38,998 nt of DNA from a virus (Duplodnaviria > Caudoviricetes): the IMG/VR virus record IMGVR_UViG_3300024344_000046, positions 1-38,998 of that record; one strand, written 5' to 3'. Both the position numbers and the translations under genes were made by a program. Each line of letters starts with the position of its first letter. Position 1 is the stretch's first letter. Under the pieces are notes generated by a model. The model did no database searches. It was not told where the DNA came from and saw only the letters and a program-made list of their open reading frames with translations. Positions 17,130-27,200 of this stretch are shown here, one piece after another.

Positions 17130-17546
17130 ATGAGACTATTTGTTTTCTGCGATGAGAATCGCCCAGTTGTTCCGGGAACCCTATCGGATGTTGATATTTG
17201 TCAAAATGCGGATATCTCAGAAAAGCCAGACTACTTTTATTCAAGTATAGAGGCATATGGATTTTTAGAGACATCTCCGTATGACGATTCTTTGCAGCAG
17301 CTTATGAACAAAGTTGGAAAAAGTGGAACACTAAAAGTTCAAGGAATAGACATTTATCAGGCTATAAACAATATGACCAGAGGAGAAATTACATCAAATG
17401 ACTTTTCTTCGCTGGTCGTTAGGAATAAATCTAGGTGTGTTAGCCTGCATGAACTAACAGCAAGAGTGTCTGACAACCAAGAGTTTCAAATTCAATATGC
17501 CGGATTATCCGGTTTTCACTACATCTTAGAGGCAAAAAGAATATGA
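17130..17546 (+). CDS. Hypothetical protein, weakly resembling the C-terminal part of a class I methyltransferase
   Basis: 'SSIEAYGFLE...L.....K..G.L.V.G.D...Y.LEAKR' pattern, with no GxG SAM-binding motif. Confidence 0.4.
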   Translation: MRLFVFCDENRPVVPGTLSDVDICQNADISEKPDYFYSSIEAYGFLETSPYDDSLQQLMNKVGKSGTLKVQGIDIYQAINNMTRGEITSNDFSSLVVRNKSRCVSLHELTARVSDNQEFQIQYAGLSGFHYILEAKRI

Positions 17547-18358
17547 TAAATCAAGTACATACAAGTTGTAAAGATTGTGCTTTCTCTGTGTATTCGGACA
17601 AGACACAAACAGGATGCTCTGCTGGCATGCTAGACAAATATAAGAATGCAGGCGCTGAAGTTGTAGAAGTTTATGATGATAGCGATAAAGAATTTTTTGT
17701 TATAAACAATAAACTATGCACGCATCACAGAGACAAAGAATGGGCTAAGCAGTATACAAAGTCTGAACTAATGAATATTGTAGAATCTCAGACGAAGAGC
17801 CCATATCAAGTTATGTTGCTCTTGCATCAAGACTCTACACTAGATGACTTGGATTTAACACTAGAGTCACTAGTAAAGCAGTTCAATCCTCCGAATATTG
17901 TTTCTGTTATAAGTATGAAGAAAACTGAGTCCATCTATAAACTTAACATGGAAATAGAGGCAATCTTAAAAAAGCATGAGGATAAGGTAGACTGGAGAAT
18001 ACAAAATATTTTAGATGTCGAGACAACAGATCGGCAAGCTATTGACTTAGCTGTGGATGGAACCTACTTTAAATATGCTTTCCCTTACTATATCGTGTTC
18101 TCTTGTGGTTTTCAAGTGCCCGAGGATTTTACGCAAGAGATACACGAGTCTATAATCATTGATGCCAAGCAGCCTGTATACTGCCATCCTGTAGATGAAA
18201 GTCTAAACGGAATGTTAGTCAATAGACTTCTCCATAGAAAACATACCGGCAATGCATTCAATGTACATATAGAAGATAAGCTCCTTGAGTTCGAAGAGGA
18301 TGCTGAAAACTATATCTATAAGATAGAAGAGATATGTCCGAGCATGATCCAAAAGTAG
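17543..18358 (+). CDS. Hypothetical protein with N-terminal Cys cluster and a possible degenerate GT-A domain
   Basis: 'TSCKDC...GC...LCTHHR' followed by 'L..TLESLVKQ..PP..V'. Confidence 0.5.
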   Translation: MINQVHTSCKDCAFSVYSDKTQTGCSAGMLDKYKNAGAEVVEVYDDSDKEFFVINNKLCTHHRDKEWAKQYTKSELMNIVESQTKSPYQVMLLLHQDSTLDDLDLTLESLVKQFNPPNIVSVISMKKTESIYKLNMEIEAILKKHEDKVDWRIQNILDVETTDRQAIDLAVDGTYFKYAFPYYIVFSCGFQVPEDFTQEIHESIIIDAKQPVYCHPVDESLNGMLVNRLLHRKHTGNAFNVHIEDKLLEFEEDAENYIYKIEEICPSMIQK

Positions 18359-18717
18359 TATTTACATATGCTAAAATGAAACAACCAGAGCAAGACTATG
18401 ATAATTTTGAAGGCTGGATAAATGTGGATGGACGATCAAGTTTTCAAAATGAGATATATTCTATAGATACTGACATATTTGGTATAGTTCCTAAAGGTCT
18501 AGACTTTGCGCACAGTAAAGTTGTAAAGATGATAGTGGATATATTCCAACAGATTGACGGATTAAAATACCTTGTGTCTGAAGAGGCATATGATTCCAAG
18601 AAAGCTTTTTTTATGAATAAAAGATTAGCCGACAAAGATGGAAACGGTATACACTTTAACTTTTCAGAAGAAAAAGATGTTGTGACTGCAAAGGGACTGT
18701 TTAAATCAGATGGCTAA
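18334..18717 (+). CDS. Hypothetical protein
   Basis: 127-aa ORF that overlaps both neighbours in the operon. Confidence 0.6.
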   Translation: MSEHDPKVVFTYAKMKQPEQDYDNFEGWINVDGRSSFQNEIYSIDTDIFGIVPKGLDFAHSKVVKMIVDIFQQIDGLKYLVSEEAYDSKKAFFMNKRLADKDGNGIHFNFSEEKDVVTAKGLFKSDG

Positions 18718-19411
18718 ACATAAAATAAAAGCAGAGGAAAAGGATACCCTTACTGTTATCATACCTGCAGCGGGAGAGGGTCGTAGAATGAAGAGCTATG
18801 GCCCCAAGTCTCTTATCGAATTAGGTAAAAGCAATATATTGCAAAGACAAATTAGAATAGTAGAAAAAGTTTTAGGATCAGTAGAGTTTATAATAGTAGC
18901 AGGATTTGAATGTGATAAGCTCATGGATTCATGCCCAGAGTACTTCATAAAGCTTGAAAATGAAAATTACTCGATTACGAATGTCTCTAGAAGCCTGTCT
19001 ATCGCTCTAAGATCAGTCAAGACCGAAAGAGTGCTGATAATCTATGGCGATCTTGTCTTCAATGAGCAAGCGTTATCAAAAATGGATTTTTCAACTAGCT
19101 CTACGTCAGCAAGCCTTGACCAAGAAAGGAATAATGAAGTAGGATGCATATTCGATAATGAAAAAAATATAGTAAACATGATGTACGATTTAGAAACAAA
19201 ATGGAATCAGATAATATACCTACAAGGCAGAGAACTAGAAATATTCAAGAAAGAGTGCCAGAACAGAAGCAACAAGAAAAAATTTGGCTTCGAAATAATA
19301 AATAAGGTTGTTGATGCTGGTGGAAAAATAAAATGCATAGTTGACAAATCAATAAGTGTTGTTGACATAGACACGTCCAAGGATCTAATAAGAGCGAATA
19401 ATATAAAATGA
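18710..19411 (+). CDS. NTP-transferase-family nucleotidyltransferase (LicC/GlmU-like)
   Basis: 'IIPAAGEGRRMKSYGPKSL', 'IIYGDLVF' and 'VDIDTSKDL'. Confidence 0.88.
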   Translation: MAKHKIKAEEKDTLTVIIPAAGEGRRMKSYGPKSLIELGKSNILQRQIRIVEKVLGSVEFIIVAGFECDKLMDSCPEYFIKLENENYSITNVSRSLSIALRSVKTERVLIIYGDLVFNEQALSKMDFSTSSTSASLDQERNNEVGCIFDNEKNIVNMMYDLETKWNQIIYLQGRELEIFKKECQNRSNKKKFGFEIINKVVDAGGKIKCIVDKSISVVDIDTSKDLIRANNIK

Positions 19412-20226
19412 TTGTTATAGAAGAAAGCGGCCCACTATCAAAGATAATAGGCAATACACTTGTAGCATCTAATATAAATGTAATTGGATGGAAAAGTTCT
19501 GTAATCCCTCTATATAGAATGCTTGAGGACAAAAAACCTGATCTGCTAATATATGGCCCTGAAGCCAGTATACAGGGAATGCAATATATGAAACAGAGGT
19601 TCCCATCAACTGTAGTGGCTTATTTGGGAGATCATCCAGCGGACGAATGCCTGTCTGACATTGTCATTGGAGAATCAGAACTCAGATCATCAATTGATCT
19701 TCCCACTAATATATATGACATAACAAATGTACTTAGAGGGAATAAAAAGCCATATATGGAGTGTGAGCTGGCAACTTTCACTGAGTCAATTACACAAGCT
19801 AAACTAGAATCAAACTCAGACTTATTCCAAGAGCTTATATCAATCAGAACTAGATTTTTTGGTAGTCAAAAACTAGATACCCATGCATACTTGGGATCAA
19901 TAACCGATCAGGAGAGGGCTGATATCGTCAAGTCTTGCAGCATTTATGTCGATATGACAGGAGACTATTGGCACAAATCGGTTATGATGAGAACAGTTCC
20001 AATTGTCTTCACTAATGATACGTTGCCGGGAGTCAACACCTTTAATGATATAGAAAGTTTGCATAAGGCAATACAGGAGACAAAAAAAGGCAACTATAAT
20101 ATTAAAGAAGCAAGAGAGTCGATAGTGAATAATAGCGGGTTTAATTTTTGTTACAATCTTTTTTCCGCTTTAGGAGCACAAGAAGCGGCAGCATCAATAC
20201 TAAAAGCTAAGGAGGAAGTATCATGA
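19408..20226 (+). CDS. Hypothetical protein, possibly a degenerate glycosyltransferase
   Basis: 'KKPDLLI' and 'YLGSI...ERADIVKS..I' loosely resemble GT-B segments. Confidence 0.45.
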   Translation: MIVIEESGPLSKIIGNTLVASNINVIGWKSSVIPLYRMLEDKKPDLLIYGPEASIQGMQYMKQRFPSTVVAYLGDHPADECLSDIVIGESELRSSIDLPTNIYDITNVLRGNKKPYMECELATFTESITQAKLESNSDLFQELISIRTRFFGSQKLDTHAYLGSITDQERADIVKSCSIYVDMTGDYWHKSVMMRTVPIVFTNDTLPGVNTFNDIESLHKAIQETKKGNYNIKEARESIVNNSGFNFCYNLFSALGAQEAAASILKAKEEVS

Positions 20227-20633
20227 TAGGAATAGTTTGTGAAAATATGGCAAGTATAGATGTAGATGAATTTTGTAAAAACAATGTGACAATATTCTCA
20301 AACTCACGATCAGACTCAGATAACCCTAATATGTCGCTATACTCAAAATATATGGCTTATGATTTTGAAGGCGTACTGATGTCTGTCACATTGCAAGATG
20401 CAATAACTACACTAGAGAATAGCATATGTGGTAAGAAGGTTTTCTGGGTATGCTCTATAGACTGGCACAAATATAGTTCACTGCTATACTCAGATATTAT
20501 CAAAGTCTTTTTCAATAAAGATGTTAAAATAGTTGCTCGCACAAAAGAAATATATGATGTTTTAGAAGCTTTTGTAAGAAAGCCAGATGGGATTATGGAA
20601 TCTATCAACGCAGACAAGATATTGGAGATTTGA
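20223..20633 (+). CDS. Hypothetical protein
   Basis: 136-aa ORF coupled to the upstream gene by an ATGA overlap. Confidence 0.6.
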   Translation: MIGIVCENMASIDVDEFCKNNVTIFSNSRSDSDNPNMSLYSKYMAYDFEGVLMSVTLQDAITTLENSICGKKVFWVCSIDWHKYSSLLYSDIIKVFFNKDVKIVARTKEIYDVLEAFVRKPDGIMESINADKILEI

Positions 20634-20634
20634 A

Positions 20635-21420
20635 ATGAATTATAGCTCTCTAAATGATAAAGAAAAGAAAAAAGTTCTCAAGCAGAAGTACATAAAAGAA
20701 AGGCTTAGCTTTGCTGAAATAGCAAAAGAGTTTGGAACCTATGCTAATAAGCTCAGAAGAGATGCCTCTAAGCTAGGTATTGAAATAAGAACTAGAAGCC
20801 AAGCTGCCAAAATTGCTTTAGAGTGTGGAAGGTCAGAACATCCTACTCAGGGAAAAGGACACACGGAAGAAACAAAGCTTAAAATAAGTGAAAGCCAAGG
20901 AAAGGTGTGGGATTCTCTAGATGATCAAGAAAGACTTGTCCGATCTCAGATAGGAAAGGTTTCTTGGGAAAGCAAATCTGAAAGTGAAAAGAGAGAACTT
21001 CTAGAAAAAGGAAGTCAGGCAATTAGAGAAGCTTCAAGAATAGGATCTAAGATGGAGCGATATCTACTATATGAGCTTACCCAACTAGGATATGATGTTC
21101 AGTTCCATAGAGAACATCTGCTGAGAAATCAAAGACTGGAAATAGACTTATATGTTAATGATACTTCAACAGCTATAGAAGTAGACGGCCCTTCACATTT
21201 TGAGCCCGTGTGGGGAGAGGAAAATTTAGAAAGAAATAAGAGGTCAGATCGTCAAAAAACGGGTCTAATTATATCAGAGGGAATGGTTCTAATAAGAATC
21301 AAACAGGACAAGAGGAGCTCTCAAAGGTACTTTAGAAGAGTATTGGAACAGGTTGTTCAAGAGCTAGAAAAGATAACTAAAGAGTTTCCAAAGGAAGATC
21401 AGAGGTATATAGAGATATGA
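20635..21420 (+). CDS. Homing-endonuclease-like protein: HTH + NUMOD3 + Vsr/DUF559-like nuclease domain
   Basis: HTH 'LSFAEIAKEFGT', NUMOD3-like 'GKGHTEETKLKISES', and nuclease 'EIDLYV...AIEVDGPSHF...D..K'. ATG at 20635 is preferred. Confidence 0.75.
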   Translation: MNYSSLNDKEKKKVLKQKYIKERLSFAEIAKEFGTYANKLRRDASKLGIEIRTRSQAAKIALECGRSEHPTQGKGHTEETKLKISESQGKVWDSLDDQERLVRSQIGKVSWESKSESEKRELLEKGSQAIREASRIGSKMERYLLYELTQLGYDVQFHREHLLRNQRLEIDLYVNDTSTAIEVDGPSHFEPVWGEENLERNKRSDRQKTGLIISEGMVLIRIKQDKRSSQRYFRRVLEQVVQELEKITKEFPKEDQRYIEI

Positions 21421-22175
21421 GTAAAGCAAAAAGTAAAGCTAAAGTTGAAAAAGCGGATTTCGAAGACATCGTAGATGTAATTGAGGAAGAGCTTGATGAA
21501 GAGGCAGAAGAGGTAGTATATACTCCTTCTGACCCTGAGTGGAGTGAGTATGTTCTTGATCAAATGCATGACAGCGAACTCAAGCAGGGAAATCCCACTG
21601 TAGATGGACTACGTAGAGTTACTGAAAGAGTTTACGGAGAAATCGTAAGCTCCACAAGTGAAATATTCAACTATGATACTTCTAGAGGAGTATGCACAGT
21701 TAAGCATACTTTGTCGATCCAAAAATACTCTACAGACGTTATAATAACTGTAGATGGTTGTGTCGATGTTAAGTTTCAAAACATTCCACACCCTTTCAAC
21801 CAACACCTTGTTTCTACAGCAGATACCCGAGCTGAAGGCAAAGCCTTACGAAGAGCTCTTAAACTAAGGGTCGTGACTGCTGAGGAAGTCCAGCAAACAT
21901 CAGAAGATGATGTGCTAGCTGCTCAGGAAAATATAACTGACCAGCAGATACTGGCTATCAATCAGATGTGTAAGCGACTGGATATTAATTTGGTTGAGGG
22001 TGTCAAGAGTGTTTGTCCTAACGCTGACTCAATCAGAGATTCTAGTAACCTCCAAGGCAGAATGCTGTTAAGTACTTTATCTGAGTACCAAAGAAGTCCA
22101 GCATCAATTCCTGAAAACTTGAAGGGTTACGATTCCGAATGGAGAGAAACATTTGATACCGGAGGTAAAAAGTAA
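21417..22175 (+). CDS. Putative single-strand annealing protein (Rad52/Sak/Erf-like)
   Basis: Acidic N-terminus, a helix-beta-helix core ending 'TADTRAEGKALRRALKL..VTAEE', and a C-terminal 'ITDQQI' helical module. The family assignment is by resemblance only. Confidence 0.45.
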   Translation: MSKAKSKAKVEKADFEDIVDVIEEELDEEAEEVVYTPSDPEWSEYVLDQMHDSELKQGNPTVDGLRRVTERVYGEIVSSTSEIFNYDTSRGVCTVKHTLSIQKYSTDVIITVDGCVDVKFQNIPHPFNQHLVSTADTRAEGKALRRALKLRVVTAEEVQQTSEDDVLAAQENITDQQILAINQMCKRLDINLVEGVKSVCPNADSIRDSSNLQGRMLLSTLSEYQRSPASIPENLKGYDSEWRETFDTGGKK

Positions 22176-22561
22176 TGAAAGCTAACGTCAGAGCAACGCC
22201 CGACTTGACTTTTCAAGTTGACGCGGAAACTGAAGAAGAACTTTTTAAACAAGTTGCTAGAGTTCAGGAAGTTTTTCAGCATCAGTCATGTGGTAAATGC
22301 TCTTCACCAAATGTGAAGTTTGTTTGTCGTCATGACAGCTCAGAAAATGACTGGCTTGAGGTGGTCTGCAAAGATTGTCGAGCTAAAGTTATATTCGGAC
22401 GCACGAAGAAGGGTGGTCAGATCTATCCAAAGATCAGATGGGATCAGCTTTCTGAGAAGCAGAAAGAGCAAAGAGTCAATGAAAAGGCTTATGCTGATAA
22501 GAACCGAGGATTTCTACCTCAGAGGGGATGGTTTGTATACAAGCCACCAGCCTCTAAGTAG
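22175..22561 (+). CDS. Hypothetical zinc-ribbon protein
   Basis: 'CGKC...CKDC'. Coupled to the upstream gene by TAATG and last gene of the + strand block. Confidence 0.7.
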   Translation: MKANVRATPDLTFQVDAETEEELFKQVARVQEVFQHQSCGKCSSPNVKFVCRHDSSENDWLEVVCKDCRAKVIFGRTKKGGQIYPKIRWDQLSEKQKEQRVNEKAYADKNRGFLPQRGWFVYKPPASK

Positions 22562-22588
22562 ATATCTAAGGCAGTTTTTTAAAACTGG

Positions 22589-22613
22589 AGGGGGTTATAT
22601 ACCCCCTTTTTTT
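22589..22613 (+). terminator. Rho-independent terminator at the convergence of the two gene blocks
   Basis: AGGGGGT-TATAT-ACCCCCT hairpin followed by a T-tract. Confidence 0.85.
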
Positions 22614-22899
22614 ATTCGTTAGTGTTATCTTCTTTATACTTGTTGAAATAAGGGAAGAGTCCATTCAAAAACTTCTTCCTTGCTCCACAACCACAGCCTC
22701 CAGAATCTACATTGAATATTCTTTCTACTCTTTCTGAGGTTATACCTATCTTGCCTAGAACTTTCTCTATGGTATCTCCAAGTCCTCCTTTAGCATCTGC
22801 TGCATGAGAGACATATTGATCGACTCCTTCTTTTTTGAATTCGTCTATCACTTTATCTGCCAACTGTTCATCAGATAGGTTATCTATATTTTCAGACAT
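22612..22899 (-). CDS. Small protein with 'GLGD.I...GI...GCGC..RK...N..F.Y' domain
   Basis: The start MSENIDN at 22899 overlaps the upstream paralogue's stop, and the motif is shared with 22892-23350. Confidence 0.7.
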   Translation of the reverse strand: MSENIDNLSDEQLADKVIDEFKKEGVDQYVSHAADAKGGLGDTIEKVLGKIGITSERVERIFNVDSGGCGCGARKKFLNGLFPYFNKYKEDNTNE

Positions 22900-23350
22900 T
22901 CTTTTCTTCCTTATTATAAGAAAATATTTTATTAAACCATTTTTTTCTTTCGCTACATCCACATCCTTGAGCTCCTAGAATGCTCTGTATCTTATCTTTG
23001 TTGATTCCAAATTTATTAAGAACCTTTTCTATTGTATCTCCTAAGCCTTCTGAAATTTTTTCAATCTCGACTCCTTGATCTTTGAGCTCAGATATTGCCA
23101 AGTCTGCATCAGAATGTAGTTTTTGAAATTTTCGCTGCCTTTGGTTCCTCTGTCTTTTAACTTCTCTGTCATGGACACCTCTGTTGCGAGCAGTTTCCAA
23201 GAAGTACTCTCGATATCTAGCGTCTGTCTTGCAGAAGTTGTGCAGCCTGTCATCCATCCTCATTGCAAGTAAGGGGCAAAATCCTGCCGACTCACACTCA
23301 CATTCGTATCCTTCACTTGCCATCTTTTCATAGTCATAGTCTTGTTCCAT
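22892..23350 (-). CDS. Protein with N-terminal Cys cluster and C-terminal 'GLGD...CGC' domain
   Basis: 'CECESAGFCP...H.FC' followed by 'GLGDTIEKVLNKFGI...GCGCSERKKWFNKIFSY'. Confidence 0.75.
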   Translation of the reverse strand: MEQDYDYEKMASEGYECECESAGFCPLLAMRMDDRLHNFCKTDARYREYFLETARNRGVHDREVKRQRNQRQRKFQKLHSDADLAISELKDQGVEIEKISEGLGDTIEKVLNKFGINKDKIQSILGAQGCGCSERKKWFNKIFSYNKEEKNV

Positions 23351-23360
23351 TTATAGATCC

Positions 23361-24191
23361 TTATGATATAACTGCTGTTAAATCTACGGTGTTGCTAACA
23401 CCATCTTCTTCACCATTCATGCATGGTCCGCAATTCCAGTAGAGATCATTCGCTTCAAAAGTTAATATGAATGGATCGCATCTTGAACTAACAAGAACAA
23501 ATTCATTGAACAAGTCAGTATCACTACTGGCCTCAACATTTGTATAACCCGGCAATATCTGTGTCTTAGGCTGAGTCCCTTCTATATATCCAGAAGGACA
23601 GTGGCAATACTTATCTGTTTCCACAGGGTGAAATTGCATCGTTAGTACATAATTGCAGGTGTGACATTCTCCAGTGCTTCCGGCTTTGGTCGCTTGAGTA
23701 TGCGCTCCGCAACAACATAGAGCAATATCTGCCTTAGCTCCGGGACAAGGCCCTCCTTCGTCTCCAACAATTCCAGAGAAAATGTGATCCTTTTTTCCAT
23801 ATTTTTCATATGCTTGTACAGTCCCTGTCTGTCCTAAAGAATCAGGCGTATAGCAAGTTCCTCCTCCAACTGCAGGATTATCCCCGCTACAAATGCTTAT
23901 TCCATCACTGGCAGTTAGGGTAATGGTCTCAGCAACGCCACCAGCTGCGCAGCTTGCAGTCAAGGTTAGAGTAACTGTCCTACCATCTCCAGTAGCAGGA
24001 CATGGACAACATGTTTGTGGAAAACAAGGCACACCTCCTTCACCGGGATTGGCTCCGTAAAGATTGTTATTGCCTGACGTGCAAACTCCACTGCAGCTAT
24101 TGCCTGCAGAATCAGCCTGATTTCCTAAGAACCCACACACGCAACATTCATTGTTGCCATCAGGTCCTACTGCTACAAATCTACTAGTCAT
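23361..24191 (-). CDS. Cys/Gly-rich putative virion or fibre-associated protein
   Basis: 276 aa with many Cys clusters (CCVC, CCPC, CCC), directly downstream of the fibre-like gene. Confidence 0.65.
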   Translation of the reverse strand: MTSRFVAVGPDGNNECCVCGFLGNQADSAGNSCSGVCTSGNNNLYGANPGEGGVPCFPQTCCPCPATGDGRTVTLTLTASCAAGGVAETITLTASDGISICSGDNPAVGGGTCYTPDSLGQTGTVQAYEKYGKKDHIFSGIVGDEGGPCPGAKADIALCCCGAHTQATKAGSTGECHTCNYVLTMQFHPVETDKYCHCPSGYIEGTQPKTQILPGYTNVEASSDTDLFNEFVLVSSRCDPFILTFEANDLYWNCGPCMNGEEDGVSNTVDLTAVIS

Positions 24192-24206
24192 TTATTTTCC
24201 TTTTAA

Positions 24207-27200
24207 TTAACAAGCATCGCCCTCGGCAACACTCTTAAGTAGTCCACAAGAGTTGAATGTTAGGGTTGTATATTTAATATCAAAGCCATTTCCTTGGCAA
24301 CATATATCTTTCACAAGCTGAACTGTCTGGTCACCGGCTGGATCACTGTTAGTTGGATCAAGTTTGATTTCCACTTTACCATTGGCTGGATTTTCTACTG
24401 TTAATCCACACTTAAAGTCTAACTCACATGAATGGTCATCTCCTACCCTAACTCCATTGTCTCGAACTGTGAGCACCTTCTGTATGGTTGTGGTACATCC
24501 AACGTTAGTCATTTTAAGCCCGTCTGCAAACTGCAGGGTCGTGAAGTCAAACGGCCCTTGAGCGCTACTGCAATTTCCAGCGATTCCCTGAACCTTCTGG
24601 TCCAGCCCCTTGACCGTTGCTACACAGCCCGCAACAGAAACTCCAATATTATCAGTGAACGCTAGCTTTTTGAAGTCAGTCTCACCTACAGCTGCATCCC
24701 CGATACAGTTTGTCACAGCGGCATTTGGAACCGAGGAGATTTTCTGGTCAAGCCCCTTGACGGTTGCTACGCAATCAGCAACTTCGACCCCGATGTTGTT
24801 AGAAAAAGTAAGCTTCTTAAAATCTGTCTCAGCAACATTGGTCAGCCCACAAATGTTGTCAGTTTGTGTGCTCTCAACCTTCTGGTCAAGCCCCTTAATC
24901 GTTGCTACACAGTCAGCAACAGAAACTCCAATATTATCAGTGAACGCTAGCTTTTTGAAGTCAGTCTCACCTACAGCTGCATCCCCGATACAGTTTGTCA
25001 CAGCGGCATTTGGAACGGAGGAAATTTTCTGGTCAAGCCCCTTGACGGTTGCTACGCAATCAGCAACTTCGACCCCGATGTTGTTAGAAAAAGTAAGCTT
25101 CTTAAAATCTGTCTCAGCAACATTGGTCAGCCCGCAGATATTGTCAGTTGATGTGCTCTCAACCTTCTGATCAAGCCCCTTGACGGTTGCCGTACAGCCG
25201 TCAACTGAGACACCGATGTTGTTAGCAAAAGTAAGCTTTGAAAAGTCTTTCTCAGCAACATTGGTCAGTCCGCAAATATTGTCAGTTTCTGTGCTCTGAA
25301 CCTTCTGATCAAGTCCCTTAATTGTTGCTACACAGCCCGCAACAGCAACACCAATATTGTCAGTGAATGCTAGTTTTTTGAAGTCAGTATCGGCTACATC
25401 TGCCCCCTGTGCCATACAGTTTGTGACAGCAGTATTTCTGGTGGAAGAGATTTTCTGATCAAGGGCTTTAATAGTCCACTCACAGTTAGATCTAGTGGCG
25501 ATAAGATTGTCACTGAACAGTATCTTAGTTGCATCAAATTCTGAAGCCGCAGCACCACCACAGTCAGCACTGACCCAGTCTCCTTGAACATGAAGAAGCG
25601 GAGCGGATACGGTTGTTCCAGCGAGCTGCAGCCCTTCTCCAAGAGTAAGACACGCAATCTCCGTGCATGAAGTTGTAGAAGCGGTATAATCGCAATAGCT
25701 AGTATCTTTATATTGAGGAGCAGTTCCGTCTATATAGTTACCACTTATGGTTATCTTGCCGCAATCTCCTGCAGCTTTAGTGACACTTATTCCAGCTATA
25801 CCTTCAATATCTGGTGCGCAACCGCTAATTGTGTAATCTTTACAGTCTCCATTACTGCTCGATGTTATCGTTACTGTCCCTGCTTGCGTAAATGTGTCTT
25901 GACAGCCGCTTATCGTCACTACCTGATTACAATAGTCCCCAACGTCTGTGATACTTACTCCTCCTTGAGCAACGAAAGAAGGCTTACAGCCGGATGCATC
26001 AACAGTGTATGTCTTACATCCTGCAGAAGTAGATTCATTTACTGTGACATTTGTTCCTCCTGCAATTACTGGATTACAGCCACTGACTGTATATACATTA
26101 CCAACATTGGTAACAGAAATATCTCCTGCTCCAGCAACACTAGTTATACAGTCGGTATTAAGGGACAAATCAAATCTCGAACAATCTCCTACGCTTTGCT
26201 CATTGACTATTATACAGCTGTCAGTTGAAGCGACAGTATTGCGACAACCATCAAACTCTATTTTATATCCACATTCTCCACTAGGAGTAACATTAATCCC
26301 GTCACCGCCAGCAAGCTCTGTCGTGCAGCCACTTACTATGTACCCGCAATCACCGTTAGGAGTAACTGTGATATTACCTTGTCCTGATAGGCTTGTCTCA
26401 CATCCGCTTATAGTGTATTCTTTACATTCTCCCTGAGCAGTTGAGGTAACAGTAACTGAGCCAACTCCAGTAAAGCTGTCTTGACAGCCGCTAACCGTAT
26501 AAGTTTTACAACCTCCTGCTGTAGAAACTGTAACAGTATTTGATCCTGCTCCGGCAACAACAGGGTCACATCCACTAACTATATACCCGCACTCACCATC
26601 TGTGGTGACAGTGATATCTCCTTGTCCAGAAACGGTCGTCTGGCAACCACTGATAACATGGTCACAGCCATCGGAAGTTACAGTGATTCCACCTTGACCA
26701 GAGAATGTATGTTCACACCCACTGATAATATAACCACACTCTCCACTTTCGACAGCTGTTATTGAGCCTTGCCCTGTAATAGCGGTTCTGTGACCACTTA
26801 CAGTATATGTTCTCTCATTTCCATTTATAGCTGGTCCAGTGACGCTTGCACATCCAGTTGCTTTTACGATAGTAATCGTATCTGTGGCGGGAGCACCAGA
26901 AACCACAAAATCACAACCGGCACCTTTTGTGACTGTGACAGTTCCTTCTCCAGTGATAGTGGGACAAGATGCCTCAGCGGATTCGGTGCTTATAGTAAAT
27001 GAGCCGCAACCATTGTCAGTAACGCTTAATCCGAGTCCCGGTATAATATTAGTAAAGTACTCTCCAGAGAACTTATGCATAGTCTCTAGCTTAAGACCAC
27101 TTCCGTCGCATCCTGCGTCCCGAGAATAAGGAACTCCCTTTAACCCAGAGCCTATCTGTAGAGAGTTGTAAGGAACATATGTATCTGCTTCATCAGATTG

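Noticed and set aside
1618-22622. Many short antisense or out-of-frame ORFs in the track (e.g. 1618-1920, 3320-3694, 10726-11010, 22320-22622)
   Set aside because: They overlap well-supported genes of a tightly coupled + strand operon and show no recognisable motifs.
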